From an uncultured Acidobacteriota bacterium (GTDB lineage: Bacteria > Acidobacteriota > JAQAZP01), in NCBI GenBank assembly GCA_963836075.1, contig CAWIIB010000009.1:1504001-1568000 (forward strand): DNA of 64,000 nt, given 5' to 3'. Each line of letters begins with the position of its first letter. The first letter of the stretch is position 1. The notes under the pieces are model-generated. The model ran no database searches. It saw only the letters and a program-made list of their open reading frames with translations, and had not been told where the DNA came from. A program made the position numbers and the translations under genes. Below, one piece after another: positions 58,136-64,000 of this stretch.

Positions 58136-60638
58136 TTATGGCTTTATGCCAGTCACTATTCCGGCATCAATGTCGGTGTCGCCCGATGGCGGGTAGGGCG
58201 GCTGGTTGAAGGGCGCCGGGGTGACGTCCTCGGCCTCCAGGGTAAAGAAGTTGCCCCCCACCAGTGACAGGGACAATGGGAGGTTCTGGTTCCAGCTGGT
58301 GGTGTAGTGCGACCCTGCCCCGATGTTGGCGTAACCCCGTCGCCAGTTGGTCACCGAAGTGCCGTTGGCCAGGGTGATGTTGATAAGTGCCGCCATCCGG
58401 CGGGTCTGCCCGGGGTAGCGGTTCTCCAGCTTCACCGTCATCTGGGTGGTGAAGGGCAGGGTGCCGGATGCAGGCGAGCAGGTCAGGTCGGCGGATACCG
58501 TGCCGCTGCGGTTGAGCAGAACCGAAAGATCGTTGCTGAAATAATTCGCCGTCACCAGGTCAGCTTTCCCGTCATTGTTCAGGTCGGTGATGTCCACCGA
58601 GAGCGGTTGTCTGCCCACTCCGAAAGCGATGGTCGGATTGAACGATCCGTCCCCGTTGCCCGACAGCACCGAGACATCGAAACTCCACTCGTTGGCCACG
58701 ACGACGTCCGGGATGCTGTCATTGTCGACGTCATCGATGGCCACCGAGAAAGGCTGGCAGCCGGCTCCGGTACTCGATGGCCGCCCCGAAGGTGCCGTCA
58801 CCGATCCCCGGCATCACCGAAACAGATTGCCGGTGCTGGTTTGCCACCACCAGTTCCGGGGCGCCGTCGCCGTCCAGGTCGCCGGCCGCGATTGAACGGG
58901 GATTCCACACGTAGAGCAGGTACACCACCGGGGTCATGAACGTGCCGTCGCCATTGCCCAGCAGAATGGAGACTTCCCCGCTGCCATAGTGTGAGGTCGC
59001 CAGGTCCGGGGCACCGTCGCCGTCCAGATCTTCGATGACAAAGGTACTCGGAGCTTCGCTGAAGCTGTAGCTCACTGCCGCCCCGAAGGTGCCGTCCCCG
59101 TTGCCGAGAAATACCGTGAGCTGTCCAGGGTAGTTGCTCACCACCAGGTCCGGGGCGCCGTCCGCGTCCAGGTCTTCAGCTTTGATCGAGGAAGGGCTGT
59201 CCAGGGATCCTAAGGTCTCAGCCGGCTGGAAAGACCCGTCACCATTGGCCAGCAGGATTGAAATATTGTCGGAATAGTAATTTGACACGGCCAGATCGGG
59301 ATAGGAGTCCCCATCCAGGTCTTCGATGGCTACGGATCTGGGGTGATCGCCCACAGGGTAGTCCACGGCAGATTGAAATGTGCCGTTGCCGTTGCCCAGG
59401 CGCACCGAGACGGTATCGACATCGGTGTTGACCACGGCCAGGTCCGGGAAACCGTCACCATCCAGGTCAGCCGGTTCCATTGAAAAGTCGCCGGGAGCGA
59501 TACCGACCCGTTCGTCCACCGGGAAGGTGCCGTCTCCGTTCCCCAGGTGCACGGAGACCATATCACTGTTGTAATTGGTCACGGCCAGATCCGCCGTTCC
59601 GTTTCCGTCAAGGTCGCTGAAGGTGATTGACGATGGGAAATGCCCCACCAGGTACTCTCCAGCCGCCACGAATGTGCCGTCGCCGTTTCCTGCAAGCAGC
59701 GTGACCAAGTCTGCGCCGCCACCGAGGATGACGGCCAGATCCTGGTCGCCGTCCTGATCCAGGTCTTTGGTGGCCACGGCCGAGGGCGTGTCGCCAACCG
59801 CGATGTGCAAAGCGGCCCCGAAGGTGCCGTCGCCGATTCCCGGCAAAACGGAAACGTTGTCACCATTCTCGTTGGCGGTCACCAGGTCAGGAATACCGTC
59901 GCCATTCAGATCGCTGACGGCAACCTCCCGCGGTCTCTCATCCGTTGCGTACTCCACCGCGGCCACGAAGGTGCCGTCGCCGTTGCCGATGAGGATCGAG
60001 ACGCTGTCGCTGAACCAGTTGGCCACGGCCAGGTCGGGTGCCCCGTCGTCATCCAGATCATGGATGACTACGTTCTCGGGATATGATCCAACCGCATAGA
60101 TGACTGCTGTCCCGAAGGTGCCGTCACCGTTGCCCGGATGAACCGAAATAGCGTGATCACCGGAGTTCACCACCACCAGATCCGGGATATCGTCGGCATC
60201 CAGGTCATCAATGGCGATTGAAGCGGGATGCTCGCCAACCGCGAAGTTTGTTGACGCCTGAAAGGTCCCGTCGCCGTTGCCCGGCAGGACCGAGATGGTA
60301 TCGTCATAGCCATTGGCCACCACCAGGTCGGGAATACCATCTCCGTCCAGGTCGTTGATCACCACGGTATTCGGACCATCACCGGTGCTGTAGTGCACTG
60401 CCTCCTTAAAGGTGCAGTCACCGATGTTGAGCAGCACGGAAACATCGTCGGTGCCCAGATTCGCGACGACCATGTCAGAATGGCCATCACCATTGAGGTC
60501 GCCAGTATCCACTGACAGCGGGTCGTCACCCACCATGAAGCCCAGACGTGCTTCGAAAAGCCGGGCACCCGTGGCCGGACTGGCAGCGCAAAGGAACAGC
60601 AGCAGGATGAAGAACAGACAGGTATGGCGAATGCTCAC
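58136..60638 (-). pseudogene. FG-GAP repeat protein D (14 repeats plus CTD); +1 frameshift, real or sequencing error
   Basis: GTG start with GAGGAG RBS. Extra C in TACCGGA (~58769-58770); removing it restores EYGAGCQPFSVAID. Length 2503 = 3n+1. Confidence 0.75.
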
Positions 60639-60772
60639 GGCGACTCCTCGGGGAAACGAACTGTATAAATGATTGAATACGTGGCAGATCCTTCACGCAA
60701 ACCGATGCGAGGAAACCGGATGGCGGATAGGTTTTGTCCGTCACCATCCGGGCACAACTTTTATCTTATTGA

Positions 60773-60802
60773 AATATAGGGCTGTTATCCGTGATAAGTC
60801 AA
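60773..60802 (-). promoter_or_regulatory. Putative sigma70 promoter for FG-GAP genes D-C-B-A
   Basis: Minus strand TTGACT-N18-TATATT in an AT-rich intergenic gap. Confidence 0.5.
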
Positions 60803-60818
60803 GGATTTGCCTGATGTT

Positions 60819-63320
60819 TCACGGCGCCACCCCGGTTGCCGTGCAGCTGTCCGTGTCCGTGTCCCCCGCCGGCGGGTAGGGCGGCAGGTTGTAGGGGGGT
60901 GGCGTGACGTCGGCCACGGTCAGGTCGAACAGATTCACTCCCGCGAGGCTGGGCAGGTCGGGGATTGTCTGTGACCACTGTTTGATGTAGACCTCCCCCG
61001 CCATGACGTTCTGCCAGCCCCGGCGCCAGTTGGAATAGAACTGACCGCCGGCCGTGGTGACATCGATGATGTACTGCAGGCGTCGGGTCTGGTCCTGACA
61101 GAGGTTGGTCATGGTGGCCTGGAACAGCGAGGCGAAGGGCAGGGTGCCTGAGGAGGGCGTGCAGGTCAGGTCCGCCCTGATTGTGGGCCAATAACCCACT
61201 CTTGCGTTGAGTAACACCGAAAAGTTTCCCGTATGTCGATTCACCACCGCGAGGTCGGGGCTGTCGTTGCCGTCCATATCTTCCAAGGCCACAAATCGCG
61301 GTTCGGTGCCGGCAAGGTAATTGGCCTCCAAAGTGAATGTGCCATCGCCGAATCCGGTGAGGACCGAGACAGACCCGCTCATTAAGTTTGCCACAACCAG
61401 ATCCAGTCGTCGGTCACCATCCAGATCTTCTATTGCGATCCAACGCGGATCTTTTCCGACCGAGTAGTGTGCCGCAGGAAGGAACGTTCCGTCCCCGTAG
61501 GCCAGCAACACGGATATAGAGTCTCCGCCATTATTCGCCGTGACCAGGTCGCTGTGGCCGTCGTCATTCAGATCATCGATGGCGATCGATAGGGGACTTT
61601 CGGCGACGCCGTATGACACGGCCGTCTGGAATGAACCATCCCCAACGCCCAGCAAGACGGAAACGTCGTCACTCTCCCAGTTCGCCGTCACCAGATCGGG
61701 GATGCCATTACCGTCCAGGTCATCAACTGCAATCGAATAGGGATTCATACCGGCATCAAAGTACACCGGCGATTGGAAAGAACCGTCCCCGTTGGCCAGC
61801 AGGACGGAGGCGGCCCCGGTACTGTTTGACGTGACCAGGTCGGGTTTGCTGTCATTATTCAGGTCGTTGATGACGATGGTTCGGTTTCTCCCCGGAACCT
61901 CATAGTCCACAGTTGCTGCGAAGGTGCCGTCCCCGTTGCCCAGAAGGACTGAGACATCATAACTGCCAACGGCAAGGTCAGGGATACCGTCTGCATTCAG
62001 GTCCCCGATGGCCACCGAATACGGATATAGCCCGGCACTAAATGTCATTCTCGTTCCGAAGGTGCCCTCTCCCTGGCCAAGACGCACCGAGACGATGGAG
62101 CCATAAATCAAGGTCTCGACGATGTCTGGAATCTCATCACCGTCAAGATCACCTATGGCAACCGATGTGGGTGTGTATCCTTCGTATTCAACACCGTAAT
62201 GAGTGGCGGAAGGGAAAATGGGGTCGTCGCGGATGGTCAGGATTGTGAAAGAGTCGATGACCCCATTGGTCACCACCAGGTCCGGAATACCATTATTGTC
62301 CATGTCCCCGATGGCCATCGCCAGGGGTGAGTATCCCGCAGGATATCGGCCACCGCCGGAGAGTGTGCCGCTCGCATTACCCAGGCCCACCAGGACATCA
62401 TATGAATCCTCGCTGGCTACCGCCACGTCAAGTTTGCCGTCCTCATTCAAATCGCCGATGGCCACCGAGGTCGGCTCATCTCCTGCCAGGTGAAAATCGT
62501 CGCGGGGAAAGCCGCCGGTCCCATCACCGTAGTGTATCGACAACTCGTCACTGAATGAGTTGGTCACGGCGAGGTCCGGGTAACCATCGCGGTCCACATC
62601 GCCGATGGCTATATCGCTGGGCCTGCGGCCCGCGACAACGGCAACCGGGGGCAGGAAACTGCCGTCTCCACTGCCAATGAACACCCAGACATTATTTCCG
62701 CTGAAAATGTTGTTCGCCACGGCAAGGTCCGGCGTGGTATCGCCATTGAGATCACCGATGGCAACCGCTACAGGATAGTCTGCTACCGGATAGTGAACGG
62801 CCGTTGGAAACGTTCCATCACCGGTACCCAAAAGAACGGAGATATCATCACTGTCGATATTCGTTGTCACCAGGTCCAGATTACCATCACCGTCCAGATC
62901 GTCGATGGCCACCGACCAGGGACCAGTGCCCGTGGAAAATGATCCGCCCACCTGAAATGAGCCGTCCCCAACTCCCAACAGGACAGAGACATGGTCGCTG
63001 TCCTTGATTGCAAAAGCCAGATCCGGAACGGTGTCATTGTCCAGATCACCGATGGCCACTCCAGACGGCATACCACCAACCCCGTAATTCACAGCGGCCA
63101 TGAATGTCCCGTCACCATTGCCCAGCACAACGGAGAGATCAGAACTCTGGTGATTTGCGGTGACAACATCAAGATTGCCATCATCATTCAGATCTTCAAC
63201 GGCCACCGAATATGGCTGCTCGCCTACATCAAAGAACATGCTGGAATTGAATATCTGCCCCTTGGCTGCCGGTGCTTGAGCGAGAAGCACGGCGAGGGCC
63301 AGGATGCCGAATTTGCTCAT
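60819..63320 (-). CDS. FG-GAP repeat protein E (14 repeats plus CTD subtype 2), intact
   Basis: GAGGGG RBS, signal peptide, 14 repeats, CTD ending DSCTATGVAP. Confidence 0.9.
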   Translation of the reverse strand: MSKFGILALAVLLAQAPAAKGQIFNSSMFFDVGEQPYSVAVEDLNDDGNLDVVTANHQSSDLSVVLGNGDGTFMAAVNYGVGGMPSGVAIGDLDNDTVPDLAFAIKDSDHVSVLLGVGDGSFQVGGSFSTGTGPWSVAIDDLDGDGNLDLVTTNIDSDDISVLLGTGDGTFPTAVHYPVADYPVAVAIGDLNGDTTPDLAVANNIFSGNNVWVFIGSGDGSFLPPVAVVAGRRPSDIAIGDVDRDGYPDLAVTNSFSDELSIHYGDGTGGFPRDDFHLAGDEPTSVAIGDLNEDGKLDVAVASEDSYDVLVGLGNASGTLSGGGRYPAGYSPLAMAIGDMDNNGIPDLVVTNGVIDSFTILTIRDDPIFPSATHYGVEYEGYTPTSVAIGDLDGDEIPDIVETLIYGSIVSVRLGQGEGTFGTRMTFSAGLYPYSVAIGDLNADGIPDLAVGSYDVSVLLGNGDGTFAATVDYEVPGRNRTIVINDLNNDSKPDLVTSNSTGAASVLLANGDGSFQSPVYFDAGMNPYSIAVDDLDGNGIPDLVTANWESDDVSVLLGVGDGSFQTAVSYGVAESPLSIAIDDLNDDGHSDLVTANNGGDSISVLLAYGDGTFLPAAHYSVGKDPRWIAIEDLDGDRRLDLVVANLMSGSVSVLTGFGDGTFTLEANYLAGTEPRFVALEDMDGNDSPDLAVVNRHTGNFSVLLNARVGYWPTIRADLTCTPSSGTLPFASLFQATMTNLCQDQTRRLQYIIDVTTAGGQFYSNWRRGWQNVMAGEVYIKQWSQTIPDLPSLAGVNLFDLTVADVTPPPYNLPPYPPAGDTDTDSCTATGVAP

Positions 63321-63360
63321 TTCATCCCCTCTCTTCCGCACATATCATCCAACATCACTG

Positions 63361-64000
63361 TTACGGCGCCACCCCGGTTACCGTGCAGCTGTCGGTGTCC
63401 GTGTCGCCTGCCGGCGGGTAGGGCGGCTGGTTGTAGGGCGGCGGCGTGACGTCGGCCACGGTCATTCGGAACAGGTTGGTCCCCTCCAGGGTGGGCCAGG
63501 CAGGAATGTTCTGTGACCACTGTTTGGTATAGACCTCTCCGGCCTGGACGTTCTGCCAACCACGGCGCCAGTTTGAGTAATACTGCCCTCCGGCCAGGGT
63601 GACATCGATGGTGTATTGGAAGCGCCGAATCTGACCGTCGTAACGATTGGTCATGGTCGCCTGGAAGAGGGAGGCGAAGGGCAGGGTGCCTGACGATGGA
63701 GTACCGGTCAGTTCGGCCGAGATCGTGCTCATTTCGGGATCACTGGTGTTCATCAGTGTTGTGATCATCGGGGTTCGACTAATAACCACGAGGTCCGGGT
63801 CACTGTCATTGTCCAGGTCACCGATCGCTACAAACTGACTTGCCTGGCCGGCACCGTAGCTCACCGACGGCTGAAAGGTCCCGTCCCCGTTACCCTGCAG
63901 CATTTCAAGATAGCCATACGTTAGCACCACGGCCAGGTCCGGAATGGTATCTCCGTCCAGATCACTGATGGCGATGCAATGAGGAAAGAAACTTGTGCTG
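63361..64000 (-). CDS. FG-GAP repeat protein F (5'-truncated by window edge), CTD subtype 2
   Basis: Last repeats (GDLDNDSDPDL) plus CTD ending DSCTVTGVAP. Confidence 0.85.
   Translation of the reverse strand, partial: STSFFPHCIAISDLDGDTIPDLAVVLTYGYLEMLQGNGDGTFQPSVSYGAGQASQFVAIGDLDNDSDPDLVVISRTPMITTLMNTSDPEMSTISAELTGTPSSGTLPFASLFQATMTNRYDGQIRRFQYTIDVTLAGGQYYSNWRRGWQNVQAGEVYTKQWSQNIPAWPTLEGTNLFRMTVADVTPPPYNQPPYPPAGDTDTDSCTVTGVAP

Noticed and set aside
60640-60770. c-di-GMP-I riboswitch in the FG-GAP leader
   Set aside because: The GCAAACC-like string is on the wrong strand, and the GNRA/tetraloop-receptor architecture is absent.
51017-64000. CRISPR array or DGR template/variable repeat pair
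   Set aside because: The repeats are degenerate, in-frame protein-coding units with no constant repeat-spacer period. Differences between CTD copies are not adenine-specific, and no reverse transcriptase or cas gene is in the window.

Overview
This is a GC-rich bacterial chromosomal window with about 55 protein-coding genes. I recognised no rRNA, tRNA, CRISPR array or transposase. The Acidobacteria-type VWA protein, the Thr-type sulfatase-like lipoprotein and DUF4390-NtrY suggest an Acidobacteriota-like host (inference only). In order, the window holds: rny-ychF-(secreted propeller)-thiD; a 4.6 kb run of small orphan membrane/secreted genes with a truncated attC-like site; radical SAM, signalling and glycosylation genes; acs; Spy-like, VWA and multiheme cytochrome c genes separated by a perfect 36-bp palindrome; a Cys-less purF; htpX and dodecin; a pdaD/DHS-like/speB polyamine operon; and a >13 kb tandem array of six secreted FG-GAP double-propeller genes. 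The most notable signal is that all six array proteins end in the same ~120-aa non-FG-GAP C-terminal domain (PSSGTLPF...NWRRG...DVTPxPxNxPPYPxxGD). About 39 kb away, a 51-aa mini-gene fuses an unrelated signal peptide and N-terminus to the tail of that same domain. This suggests a portable, lineage-specific C-terminal sorting or anchoring module. A second shared C-terminal module (a GPGPG six-blade propeller) also appears on two unrelated secreted proteins. All assignments come from motif reading; no database searches were run.
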